64,000 nucleotides of DNA, from NCBI GenBank assembly GCA_964564245.1, contig CAZMAK010000002.1, positions 21,028-85,027 of the forward strand. Reading direction: 5' to 3'. Positions within the stretch are counted from its first letter, which is position 1. Every line of letters begins with the position of its first letter. Shown here in pieces: positions 31,378 to 40,239 of the stretch. The position numbers and the translations under genes are program-made. This DNA is from an uncultured Ectothiorhodospiraceae bacterium. Its GTDB lineage: Bacteria; Pseudomonadota; Gammaproteobacteria; UBA9214. Under the pieces are notes generated by a model. It was not told where the DNA came from. It saw nothing but the letters and a program-made list of their open reading frames with translations, and made no database searches.

Positions 31378-31851
31378 TCAGGGTTTATGGAAGGCGGCGC
31401 GTATCCGTTCCACGCGCCGGCGGTTGACGCCGAAATCACTGCGCCCGACCCGGGAGGCGGAACGGATCTGGATCACACCGGACGCGGGATCCAGCAGGCA
31501 TTCCACGTCGTCCACGAAGCGGAACACCAGGCTGCGGAACTCGAAATGCAGGTAGCCTGCGGAGTGACCGACTTCCTTCGACCGTGCCAGCCCCGCCAGT
31601 ACCTGCCGCAGGTGCTGCATGGCCGCTTCCGGTGCCCCCGTGTAGGCGATCGGCGCCACCTGATGGCCCGGGTCCACGGACTGGCTCGACACACAGTTGG
31701 GTGTATCCGGGCACGGGGCGAGGTGCTCCGGCGTGGCATGGACAGGGACGCTGCTCATACACAGCAGTATAAGTCCGGCTCCGGCCGCGAATGCACCGGC
31801 ATGTTGGAGTATGTGTTTCAAGAGATTCCGTCCGCGCCCTGCTCCGCTCAC
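31378..31851 (-). CDS. DUF1499-like secreted/membrane protein
   Basis: N-terminal hydrophobic segment; PDTPNCVSS and FRS..F.DDVE-type motifs recalled for DUF1499. Confidence 0.45.
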   Translation of the reverse strand: MSGAGRGRNLLKHILQHAGAFAAGAGLILLCMSSVPVHATPEHLAPCPDTPNCVSSQSVDPGHQVAPIAYTGAPEAAMQHLRQVLAGLARSKEVGHSAGYLHFEFRSLVFRFVDDVECLLDPASGVIQIRSASRVGRSDFGVNRRRVERIRAAFHKP

Positions 31852-31877
31852 ACACCGGACTCAAACCGGATCGGGCC

Positions 31878-32369
31878 CTAGTAGCGCCCGGCTGCGACAA
31901 AGTGTTCCTGCCAGTATGGGTCGTTCATGGAGCTGAAGGATACCGGTTTTCCCTTCGAAGGGGCATGGATGAAGCGCCCGTTACCGGCATAGATCCCGAC
32001 ATGGGAAACCCGGTGTCGCCCGGATCGGAAAAACACCAGGTCGCCGGGCTGGATCCTGCTGCGGGCCACGGGCCTGGCATGCCGCAACTGGGTGCTGGTG
32101 CTGCGCGGAATCCGGACACCGGTCCGGCGAAAGGCGAAATAGACCAGGCCGCTGCAATCGAATCCGCGGGGTGAGGCGCCTCCGTAACGATACGGGGCGC
32201 CAAGCATGTCGACGGCAACGCGGAGCGCAGGATGCGCTGGCAGACTGCGGGTATGGGTAGCGTAGTGCGAGGATTCCACCCGGGGCGGCACCGCGGAACA
32301 GCCCTGCAGCAACAGGCCCAGCATCAGGGCCTGCAGCAGGGATCGCAGCACTGTCCCGATCCTGTCCAC
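31878..32369 (-). CDS. NlpC/P60 (C40) peptidoglycan endopeptidase lipoprotein
   Basis: Lipobox LLQGCS; YRYGG...GFDCSGLV...HVGIY catalytic Cys/His. Confidence 0.8.
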   Translation of the reverse strand: MDRIGTVLRSLLQALMLGLLLQGCSAVPPRVESSHYATHTRSLPAHPALRVAVDMLGAPYRYGGASPRGFDCSGLVYFAFRRTGVRIPRSTSTQLRHARPVARSRIQPGDLVFFRSGRHRVSHVGIYAGNGRFIHAPSKGKPVSFSSMNDPYWQEHFVAAGRY

Positions 32370-32404
32370 TGGGTCATCCCGTCATGTTCCACCGTCTGTT
32401 GTCG

Positions 32405-33178
32405 TTATCGGCGCCCTGCCTCCTGTGCTTCAGGCCGGCTCTCGCCGGCCTGCTCCCGTTCGTGATCGAAGTATCCATGCCGGAGGAAATGGAGGATCTG
32501 CGCAATAACCCGCTGGTCCCGCATGATGAAGGTGTGGCCGTCATCGATGACCAGGAAATCACGCATTTCCTGCAGGCGCGCGCTGGCCACCGAGACCTTG
32601 CCGTCATCCTCGCCGGGCAGCAGTGGCGAGAACCAGGGATCCAGGGAAAAGTTGCCGGTGATGATTCCGATCTCGCCGGGTATCGGCCGGAGCCGCCGTG
32701 GCAGGCCGTCCGGTCCCGTACCCAGCTGCTGACCGGCCGGGCCGGTGGCGAGGCGATACAGGTAATCGTGCTTCAGCAGGTCCGTGATCTCGCTGCCCTG
32801 GTTGGGTGGACTCAGCATGACGATACGCCCGAGGTTGTCGATCCGGTGCTCCTGAAGATACTGGCGTACCAGGATGCCACCAAGTGAATGCGTCACAAAA
32901 TGGACCTTCGTTGCGTGCCGTGCCGCACACCAGGCCAGACCGCGCGCGATGGTATGGCTGGCGAGCCACTCGATGTCGTGTTCACGCGAGTCGTAACCCG
33001 GGTTGTCCACGTGGTAACCGGCGTCTGACAGTGCCGTGGCGACTCCCTGCATGGAACGGGGCGTCCGGCCGAGTCCGTGCAGGACAATGACGCACTCCCC
33101 GTCCGGGGCCAGACGGTCCGCTGCCTGCACAGCGGGCACCAGCAGCCAGGCCGCAAGGAACCAGGCATGGGGTTTCAT
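32405..33178 (-). CDS. Secreted alpha/beta hydrolase (lipase/esterase-like)
   Basis: Signal peptide, VLHGL, nucleophile elbow THSLGG. Confidence 0.7.
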   Translation of the reverse strand: MKPHAWFLAAWLLVPAVQAADRLAPDGECVIVLHGLGRTPRSMQGVATALSDAGYHVDNPGYDSREHDIEWLASHTIARGLAWCAARHATKVHFVTHSLGGILVRQYLQEHRIDNLGRIVMLSPPNQGSEITDLLKHDYLYRLATGPAGQQLGTGPDGLPRRLRPIPGEIGIITGNFSLDPWFSPLLPGEDDGKVSVASARLQEMRDFLVIDDGHTFIMRDQRVIAQILHFLRHGYFDHEREQAGESRPEAQEAGRR

Positions 33179-33232
33179 GCCGGGGTATCCCCCGTCAATG
33201 CCACCGGGTTGCCCGCCTGGAACCCGGGCTGT

Positions 33233-33745
33233 TCATGCAGCCCCGGCTTTCCACTGCTGCAGGGCTTCGCGAATGGAGGCCGCGCGTCCCGGCAGTCCGC
33301 TGCGCAGGTAGCCGGTGTAGCAGCGCTCGACGGCATCTGTAAAAGTATCCAGGCCCGTAATGGCAGGATTGCCGAGATTGTCGGCGCTGACCGAGAACGG
33401 GAGGCCAAGCGCTGTGCAGAAATGTTTTTCGATGGCCTGGGGTTTGACCTCAACGGTGAAGAACAACTGCTGCTGTTCCTCGCGGCGCCCGTCCGGTGCA
33501 TACCAGTAACCGAAATCATCCAGGCGACGGCGCTCCTCCCCGGCCACGCACCAGTGCGCCAGTTCATGCAGCGCGCTGCGTTCGTAGTCCCGGGTGAAGC
33601 GGATCTCCGCCCAGCCGTCGTCAGCGGCGGCGAGGTAAAGCGGTTCCTCGTGACCGCCGGACAACCGGGTCCGGAAGTGTACCAGTACCTCGCGATTCAG
33701 TTGCCCGATCCAGCCGGGGAATATAAACGCCTGTTTGTCGGACAT
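33233..33745 (-). CDS. epmC: Elongation factor P hydroxylase (EpmC/YfcM family)
   Basis: HELAHWCVAGEERRRLDDFGYWYAPDGR and VEVKPQAIEKHFC align with E. coli YfcM. Confidence 0.8.
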   Translation of the reverse strand: MSDKQAFIFPGWIGQLNREVLVHFRTRLSGGHEEPLYLAAADDGWAEIRFTRDYERSALHELAHWCVAGEERRRLDDFGYWYAPDGRREEQQQLFFTVEVKPQAIEKHFCTALGLPFSVSADNLGNPAITGLDTFTDAVERCYTGYLRSGLPGRAASIREALQQWKAGAA

Positions 33746-33795
33746 CGTGCATACCGGTTGCTACAATGAGGGGACACAGGCCCGGAGTATAGGCG

Positions 33796-33990
33796 ATGAG
33801 TGGTGTGCAACCGTACCGTGAAATCCAGAACATCGCCCGGACGCTCCGCGATCTGCAGACTCACGCGGAACTGACGGACGCGCTGAACCGGGTCGTATAC
33901 CTGTTCGGGGTTATCCCGCCTGAGCTGCAGGAGCCGGTGGAACAGCTGATGGCGCAATTGCGCCGCAAGCTGGCGCAGGCCGGTTCGTAA
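33796..33990 (+). CDS. Hypothetical 64-aa protein
   Basis: Only ORF in the 280-nt gap between epmC and trxC, on the opposite strand; no recognisable family. Confidence 0.3.
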   Translation: MSGVQPYREIQNIARTLRDLQTHAELTDALNRVVYLFGVIPPELQEPVEQLMAQLRRKLAQAGS

Positions 33991-34026
33991 CGGCCTCGTG
34001 GCGCGCCCTGCCCGGCCGGCCCGTTG

Positions 34027-34464
34027 CTACGGTTGCTGTGAGCGGACCCAGCGGACGATATCGGCGGCGCCCATGGCGCCGGCCTGGCGTGCCACCTCAC
34101 GACCGTTGTGGAACAGGGCCAGCGTCGGGATGCTGCGGATGCCGAACTGGCCGGCGATGCCCTGCTCGTCTTCGGTATTGAGCTTGGCCAGGCGGACCTG
34201 TGGTTCAAGCTGGCGCGCGGCCTCGTGGAAGGCCGGGGCCATCATCTTGCACGGCCCGCACCACGGTGCCCAGAAGTCCACCAGCACCGGGATGTCGTTG
34301 CGGCCGAGCTGCTGATGAAAGTTCCGGCTGGTCAGTTCGACCGGGTGTGCATCGAACAGCGGCCGGTGGCATTTACCGCAGTTCGGCTGGTCGTTCAGAC
34401 GCCCTGTGGTTACGCGATTGACGGCATTGCAGTGCGGACAGACGATGTGTTGCGGATCGTTCAT
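34027..34464 (-). CDS. trxC: Thioredoxin 2 (N-terminal zinc finger plus thioredoxin domain). Start trimmed to MNDPQH.
   Basis: CPHC...CGKC zinc-binding pairs and WAPWCGPCK active site. Confidence 0.85.
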   Translation of the reverse strand: MNDPQHIVCPHCNAVNRVTTGRLNDQPNCGKCHRPLFDAHPVELTSRNFHQQLGRNDIPVLVDFWAPWCGPCKMMAPAFHEAARQLEPQVRLAKLNTEDEQGIAGQFGIRSIPTLALFHNGREVARQAGAMGAADIVRWVRSQQP

Positions 34465-34718
34465 GAGCGGGTTCCGGGAGTGACATTCAATTCCCCTTTC
34501 AATGGTGACTGGCCGCGCAGAATTCAAGTCCGTCCTCACTTCCCGGCCGCAGTGACCGGCGACGGGGACGACAGTCCCGCCCGCCACAGCCGCAGGCGCA
34601 GGCCGATCCCGGTGGTATAGCCGACCTCGGTAAAACGGATGTTACCGGCCGGATCCAGGATGAAGCTGGCGGGAATGCCGTCTCGCAGTCACGGACCGGT
34701 TCCGGGCATCGCCGGTGG

Positions 34719-35498
34719 TCACACCAGCAGCTTGCGCCGCACCAGTGCCACGGCGATGACGTAGCTGACCAGGGCGAAGCCCAGCAGCACGGCCACGTCC
34801 AGCCACGGATGGGCCAGTTCGGTACCGGCCACCAGTCCGCGGGTGAGGTAGACCCCGTGGGTGAGCGGCAACAGCTGCACGAGACCATGCATGGTTTCCG
34901 GCAAGGTGTCGACCGGGTAGAACACGCCGCACAGGATGAACATCGGTGTCACCACCAGCACGAAGTAATAACTGAAAAAGTCATAGCTGCCGGCCAGTGC
35001 ACTCATGATCAGTGCCGGACCGGCGAAGCACAGTCCGATCAGGAACACCACCGGCAGTACCAGCAGGGCGTGCCAGTCGTGCACTACACCCAGCAGCGTG
35101 GCCACCAGCAGGATGGCGCTGCCGCTGAACAGCGCCTTGTTGGCGCACCACAGCATTTCGCCGGCCATGATGTCGTCGACCTCGAGCGGTGTGGCGAGGA
35201 TCGCCTCGTAGGTCTTCTGCGGCACCATCCGCGTGAACACCGAGTACATACCCTCGAAGCTGGCCGTGGTCATGGAGCTCGAGGCAATGATGCCGGTGGC
35301 CACGAACGTCAGGTACGGCAGGCCGGCCATCTCGCCGACGAAGTGACCCAGCCCGAAGCCCAGCCCCAGCAGGTAGATGACGGGTTCGCCGAAGTTCATC
35401 AGGATCGCCGGCACCAGCAGTTTACGCCAGACCAGGATGTTGCGCCGCCACACGTACAGGGCGCCGCGGCGGATGCGCGGCAGTCGCAGCGGGATCAT
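34719..35498 (-). CDS. ABC-2 type transporter permease
   Basis: Six predicted TM helices; ABC-2 family; start overlaps the upstream ATPase stop. Confidence 0.75.
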   Translation of the reverse strand: MIPLRLPRIRRGALYVWRRNILVWRKLLVPAILMNFGEPVIYLLGLGFGLGHFVGEMAGLPYLTFVATGIIASSSMTTASFEGMYSVFTRMVPQKTYEAILATPLEVDDIMAGEMLWCANKALFSGSAILLVATLLGVVHDWHALLVLPVVFLIGLCFAGPALIMSALAGSYDFFSYYFVLVVTPMFILCGVFYPVDTLPETMHGLVQLLPLTHGVYLTRGLVAGTELAHPWLDVAVLLGFALVSYVIAVALVRRKLLV

Positions 35499-36433
35499 CA
35501 GTCGCGCAGCTCCCGGCCGGTCAGGCGCAGGAACACATCTTCGAGTCCGGTGGGCCGGTGGATGTAGCGCAGGCGCGGCCGGTCCTTGAGCTGTCCGGTC
35601 AGTTCCGCGGGCCGGTGTGTATAGCAGTACAGGCTGCTGCCCATGCGTTCCAGCCGGCAGCCGGCGGCGCTGGCCAGCGCCTCGATGTCATCCGGGGCAC
35701 CGCGCACCTCGATCACCTCGGGCTCCACGTAGTGGCTGACCAGGTCGCGCGGCGCGCCCTGCGCGAGGATGCGCCCATGGTCCATGATCACCAGTTCGTC
35801 ACACAGGCGCTCGGCTTCTTCCATGTAATGCGTGGTCAGCAGCAGGGTCTTGCCGCTGTTCTTGAGCTCGTTGAGCCGTCCCCAGATGACGTGCCGGGCC
35901 TGCGGGTCCAGCCCGGTGGTCGGTTCGTCCAGCACCACCAGTTCCGGGTCGTTGATGAGGGCGCGCGCGATGGTAAGCCGCCGCTGCATGCCGCCGGACA
36001 GGGCGTCCGGACGGGAGTGGCGCCGGTCGGTGAGCGAGACGAAGTCGAGCAGCGCATCGATGCGGTTCGCCACCGCTGTGCGCGGCAGTCCGAAGAACGA
36101 GGCATAGATCTGCAGGTTCTCCTGCACGGTGAAATCGGGATCGAGGTTCTCGGCCTGCGGCACGATGCCGGTGCGGGCGCGGATGGCAGAGGCGTGTTCC
36201 TGCACCGGCAGGCCGAATACGGAGAGCGTGCCGCCGCTGACCGGTGTGAGTCCCATGGTCATGCGCAGCGTGGTGGTCTTCCCTGCCCCGTTCGGGCCGA
36301 GAAAACCGAAGCACTGGCCGGCCTGGATATCGAATTCGATGCCGTCGACGGCGGTGCGGCCGTCAAAGGACTTGGTCAGCCCGCGGGCGGAAATCAGTGG
36401 CTGGGCAGGTTGCAAATCGACGGCCGGTTGCAT
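35498..36433 (-). CDS. ABC transporter ATP-binding protein (pairs with the ABC-2 permease)
   Basis: Walker A GPNGAGKTT, signature LSGGMQRRL, Walker B LVVLDEPTTGLD. Confidence 0.85.
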   Translation of the reverse strand: MQPAVDLQPAQPLISARGLTKSFDGRTAVDGIEFDIQAGQCFGFLGPNGAGKTTTLRMTMGLTPVSGGTLSVFGLPVQEHASAIRARTGIVPQAENLDPDFTVQENLQIYASFFGLPRTAVANRIDALLDFVSLTDRRHSRPDALSGGMQRRLTIARALINDPELVVLDEPTTGLDPQARHVIWGRLNELKNSGKTLLLTTHYMEEAERLCDELVIMDHGRILAQGAPRDLVSHYVEPEVIEVRGAPDDIEALASAAGCRLERMGSSLYCYTHRPAELTGQLKDRPRLRYIHRPTGLEDVFLRLTGRELRD

Positions 36434-36524
36434 GGGCCGATTGTAACGGGTTTACGGGGCGTGTGTGGCAGTTGTCGGGCTACGCAGGCAGTTGCACGGC
36501 GTGCGCCGTGCGGTGAATTCCGGT

Positions 36525-37460
36525 CTACGCCGGCAGGAAGTCGATCGGATAGGTAATGGTCACCTCGGTGACATCCTTGGCCCCGAAATTGAACATCTTC
36601 ACGCGGCTGGTGATGCTGGCGGCCAGTGCCGCGTCGTTCAGTTCACTGGAGACCACGCTGCACTGTGTCACCTTGCCGCTCGGGGCGATGGTGAGCTTCA
36701 GCACCACCTTGCCCTGCAGGGTCGGGTTGCTGCGCAGGGCACGGTTGTAGACGCCGTAGATCGAGCCCTTGTTGCGGTCGAACACCATCTGGATCTCCTC
36801 GATGCTGCGCCCGGCCGACCGGTCACCCTTGCCCTTGCCGCCGATGCGTGCGCCGGCCGCATTGCCGGCGGGGCTGTGCACCACGGTGGTGGAGCGCCCG
36901 GCCAGCGAGCCGCCGCCGGTGTTGCGGCTCAGGCTGGCGGTCCGGATGCCGCCACTGCCGCTGGTGGTGCCGGAGGTCAGGATCGCACGTTCGACCTTCG
37001 CCGCCTTGCCACCGGCCTGCGACAGGTTGGTGTTGCTGAAGTTGCGGGCGAGCGAGTTGTCACGCAGATCGGACAGGGCGTCGCTCATGGCGAGAATGCC
37101 GGATTTCTGTGCCTGCTCGCGGGCGCTGGGCTTCGGTACCACCGGCCTGGGCGGCGCCTTGACCACCTTTTTCACGACCGGCTTCGGCTCCTCGACCTTC
37201 TTCGGCAGGGGTTCCGGTTTCTTCTCGACCGGTTTCGGCGGCGGTGGCGGCTTGATGATCTCCTGTTCGAATATCACCTTCGCCAGCCGTTCCGGTTGTT
37301 CGGCCACCGGGTGCCGGATCTCCGGTAACGGCAACAGCGGGACCAGGATACCCAGCACGATCGCGGCCAGCAGGCTGTTGCGGACGATCCGCAGGAAGCG
37401 CAGGTCGTCGTCGTTCGCGACGCCCCAGTTCAGATCGAAGGTCAGCTGGATGGCCGACAT
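36525..37460 (-). CDS. TonB-like energy transducer (N-terminal TM, Pro/Lys-rich spacer, C-terminal TonB domain). Start trimmed to MSAIQL.
   Basis: KPPPPPKPVEKKPEPLPKKVEEPKP spacer; C-terminal GKVVLKLTIAPSGKV... Confidence 0.75.
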   Translation of the reverse strand: MSAIQLTFDLNWGVANDDDLRFLRIVRNSLLAAIVLGILVPLLPLPEIRHPVAEQPERLAKVIFEQEIIKPPPPPKPVEKKPEPLPKKVEEPKPVVKKVVKAPPRPVVPKPSAREQAQKSGILAMSDALSDLRDNSLARNFSNTNLSQAGGKAAKVERAILTSGTTSGSGGIRTASLSRNTGGGSLAGRSTTVVHSPAGNAAGARIGGKGKGDRSAGRSIEEIQMVFDRNKGSIYGVYNRALRSNPTLQGKVVLKLTIAPSGKVTQCSVVSSELNDAALAASITSRVKMFNFGAKDVTEVTITYPIDFLPA

Positions 37461-37461
37461 C

Positions 37462-37968
37462 TCAGCTTCCCTCCAGCGGCTTCTGCAGGACGGCCAGCGA
37501 AACACGCTGGTAGCCGGCACGGGTTACGGTTGCCATGACCTTCTTCAGTAACCGGAACGGGATCTCCCGGTCACCCATGATGGTTGCTTCCATGCGGACC
37601 GGCCGGGTTTCCGGCTGTTTCTGCCGGGCAGCGGCCAGCTCCTTTTCCAGCGCGGCCTGCAGGGTCCGGGAGGTGGTACCGGGATCCTTCAGGATGCGGT
37701 CGACCGATGCGACCACCTTGCCGTAGATCATGACATCCGTCGCATTGACCATGACGACCACGGTCTGGTGTGGCTGCTGTTCGGAGACCGACTCCGGCAG
37801 CCTGACCGATTTGTGGGTCGGCAGGATCTCCCCGTTGGAGGAATTCACCAGCAGGAAAAACACCAGAATGGTGAAGATATCCATCAGCGAGACGAGGTTG
37901 ATACCGAGCGTCCCCTTGCTGCGTTTGTGCTTGCGCTCCATACGTCGGGCGCGCCGTGACATCATCAT
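37462..37968 (-). CDS. ExbD/TolR biopolymer transport protein (second copy)
   Basis: INLVSLMDIFTILVFFLL TM plus ExbD fold. Confidence 0.85.
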   Translation of the reverse strand: MMMSRRARRMERKHKRSKGTLGINLVSLMDIFTILVFFLLVNSSNGEILPTHKSVRLPESVSEQQPHQTVVVMVNATDVMIYGKVVASVDRILKDPGTTSRTLQAALEKELAAARQKQPETRPVRMEATIMGDREIPFRLLKKVMATVTRAGYQRVSLAVLQKPLEGS

Positions 37969-38480
37969 TGGTTGGCAACCTTCACGCCCGGCGGGGCGTC
38001 TCCTATCGAGATTTCGGGGAACAGCTCCGCGCTCTGGAAGCCGTCCGTCGCCACTATCCTCGCCACACGTACGCGGTCCATGACCTGTACCAGTGTGTCG
38101 TAGGGGACGTCGGCCTCGAGCAGCAGGGTGGCGTTGAGCTTGTCGGGGAAGCGCGCCTTGATCTGCTGCAGCAGCTGCGAGAGCTGTTGGTAATCGTAGC
38201 CCGCAGGCGTCCGTGGCAGGCGCCTGATCAGGCCGCCACTGCGGTCTCCGACCTCGATGTCGCCGTCACGGACGATGATCTCGAGATCGAAATCCGGCTG
38301 CGGGACGTTCTGCTCCCGCGCAGCGGCGGCCGGCAGGTTCAGCTGCAGCACCGTGATGCGCGAGAATACCGCGGTGATCAGCAGAAACGGCACCAGTATC
38401 ACCATCAGGTTCATGAAGGCGGTGATATTGATGTCGGTGGACTGCCCTTCCAGCCGACGGCGTCTGAAGCGGTTTCTCAT
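37965..38480 (-). CDS. ExbD/TolR biopolymer transport protein (first copy)
   Basis: INITAFMNLMVILVPFLL TM plus ExbD fold; ATGA-type overlaps on both sides. Confidence 0.85.
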   Translation of the reverse strand: MRNRFRRRRLEGQSTDINITAFMNLMVILVPFLLITAVFSRITVLQLNLPAAAAREQNVPQPDFDLEIIVRDGDIEVGDRSGGLIRRLPRTPAGYDYQQLSQLLQQIKARFPDKLNATLLLEADVPYDTLVQVMDRVRVARIVATDGFQSAELFPEISIGDAPPGVKVANQ

Positions 38481-39130
38481 CCGGCCTTGGCCCCGCCGAC
38501 CTGGCTTTCGGTCAGGCTGTTGAGGAATTTCACCGATGCCATCTCCAGGCTGTCCACCAGCTGCGTGGTCTTGGTCTGCAGCACGGCGTAGATCAGCAGC
38601 AGGGGAATCGCAACCATCAGGCCGAACGCGGTGGTGTTCATGGCCACCGAGATACTGGCGGACAGCATGTCGGCCTTCTCGGACGGATTGGCCGACGCCA
38701 CGGCGGTAAATGCCTGGATCAGGCCGATGATGGTGCCCAGCAGACCCAGCAGCGTGGCGATGTTGGCAAACGTCGCCAGGTAGCCGGTCCGTTTCTCCAG
38801 GTTCGGCACCGTTTCCATCAGGCCCTCTTCCATGGCGATCTCGACATCGTCACGCCGGCGCGAGGTCCGGGCGCGACTCAGCCCGTAACTGAAGATGTGA
38901 CTGATCGCGGATTTCGATTTCTCGGTCAGCAGGGCGACCTGCAGCAGGTCGCCGGCGGCAAGGTGTGGCTGGATCTTTTTCCACAGGCGGTAGTTGCTGG
39001 CGCGGGCCACGCTGAGGTAAAGCCAGCGCTCGACTGCGATGGCCAGGCCGAGTGCAAGCACCACGACGATCGGATACATGAAAATGCCGCCGGACTGGAA
39101 GAATCCGACCACGGTATGGTAGAGGTCCAT
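38477..39130 (-). CDS. MotA/TolQ/ExbB proton-channel protein
   Basis: Three TM helices; TolQ/ExbB family. Confidence 0.85.
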   Translation of the reverse strand: MDLYHTVVGFFQSGGIFMYPIVVVLALGLAIAVERWLYLSVARASNYRLWKKIQPHLAAGDLLQVALLTEKSKSAISHIFSYGLSRARTSRRRDDVEIAMEEGLMETVPNLEKRTGYLATFANIATLLGLLGTIIGLIQAFTAVASANPSEKADMLSASISVAMNTTAFGLMVAIPLLLIYAVLQTKTTQLVDSLEMASVKFLNSLTESQVGGAKAG

Positions 39131-39231
39131 AGTTTTACTCCTGTTGCTTCCCCGTTGGATTACATCAATTACTGCGTGCTGTACGGCTAAATCGGCAGCG
39201 CCCCTGTCAAGTTCAATAAAGATAACCGCAG

Positions 39232-39546
39232 CTATTTGCGGGAACTGTGAACCGCTTCGTAGAATTCCAGCTCGCGCAGAAACACGTCACGATCGATGGG
39301 CGCAAGTGTCTCGTCGACCAGGCTGTTCAGCGGCCGGCCGGCCAGTTCACCGGTCTCGGCCGGCTTCCAGGGCACGATGTTCAGTGCCTTGGGAAGTTCC
39401 TGGTTGCCGGTGATGGTCGTGCCCTCCAGTTCCATCCGGTCGGCTGCCGGCAGCGGGCCGGCCGCGATACACAGGGACAGCAGACCACCTGCCAGGAAGC
39501 GACGGGAGCGGGTCACAACGGTGTTGCACGGATCGATGGCTTTCAT
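39232..39546 (-). CDS. Small secreted protein of unknown function in the ExbB/TonB/TPR operon. Start trimmed to MKAIDP.
   Basis: Signal peptide; coupled (4-nt overlap) to the upstream TPR lipoprotein gene. Confidence 0.5.
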   Translation of the reverse strand: MKAIDPCNTVVTRSRRFLAGGLLSLCIAAGPLPAADRMELEGTTITGNQELPKALNIVPWKPAETGELAGRPLNSLVDETLAPIDRDVFLRELEFYEAVHSSRK

Positions 39547-40160
39547 TTGCCGGCTCCTGCGGTCATCTTTTGCGGTGCCTGCAGCTGCTCCTGCAGGGCG
39601 GTGATCCACTGCTGCAATTGCGGGTCCGTGGAATGTGTCAGTTGCTGATAACGGGCATAGTGCGCCAGTGCCTGTGCGGGATCGGTCAGGTAACGGTCAT
39701 AGAGGATGGCCAGGTTCCAGTTGGCATCGGCATGGTCCGGATCGGCGGTCAGCGCCTGCTGCCAGGCGTCGGCGGCTTCCGCCAGCCGGTTGGCACGGCG
39801 GTACACCATGCCCAGCTGGTTCCATGCCTCGGCCTGTTTCGGGTCGATTTCCAGCGCATGTCTGAAATCGGTCTCGGCAGTCGCGGCATTGCCAAGCTGC
39901 ACGTGGGTAATCCCGAGATTGACCCAGGCACCCGGCAACCGGGGATCCTGTGCGGTGATGGCATCGAGCTGCGTGGCGGCTGCCTGCCAGTCACCGGTCT
40001 GCATCGAGTGGATGGCCGCCTGAAAGGCCGGTTCGAGCTCTTTCGGGCTGACCCGGGGGGATACCGCGTCACTGACCGGCGCCGGGGCATCCTGCTGCCG
40101 CGGCGGCGCGCTGGTACAGCCGGCCCCGAGCATGATCGACGCCAGCAGCAGTGCAGTCAT
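39543..40160 (-). CDS. TPR-repeat lipoprotein. Start trimmed to MTALLLASIMLGAGC.
   Basis: Lipobox LGAGC; at least 3 TPR units (AWNQLGMVYRRANRLAEAADAWQQAL...). Confidence 0.7.
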   Translation of the reverse strand: MTALLLASIMLGAGCTSAPPRQQDAPAPVSDAVSPRVSPKELEPAFQAAIHSMQTGDWQAAATQLDAITAQDPRLPGAWVNLGITHVQLGNAATAETDFRHALEIDPKQAEAWNQLGMVYRRANRLAEAADAWQQALTADPDHADANWNLAILYDRYLTDPAQALAHYARYQQLTHSTDPQLQQWITALQEQLQAPQKMTAGAGK

Positions 40161-40239
40161 TCCGGGTCGGGCGCAAACCGGTTTTCGGCCCCGGTCCGGA
40201 GCCGGGACCACCCGGTCGCGGTACCGGGTTCCGGCGTCG

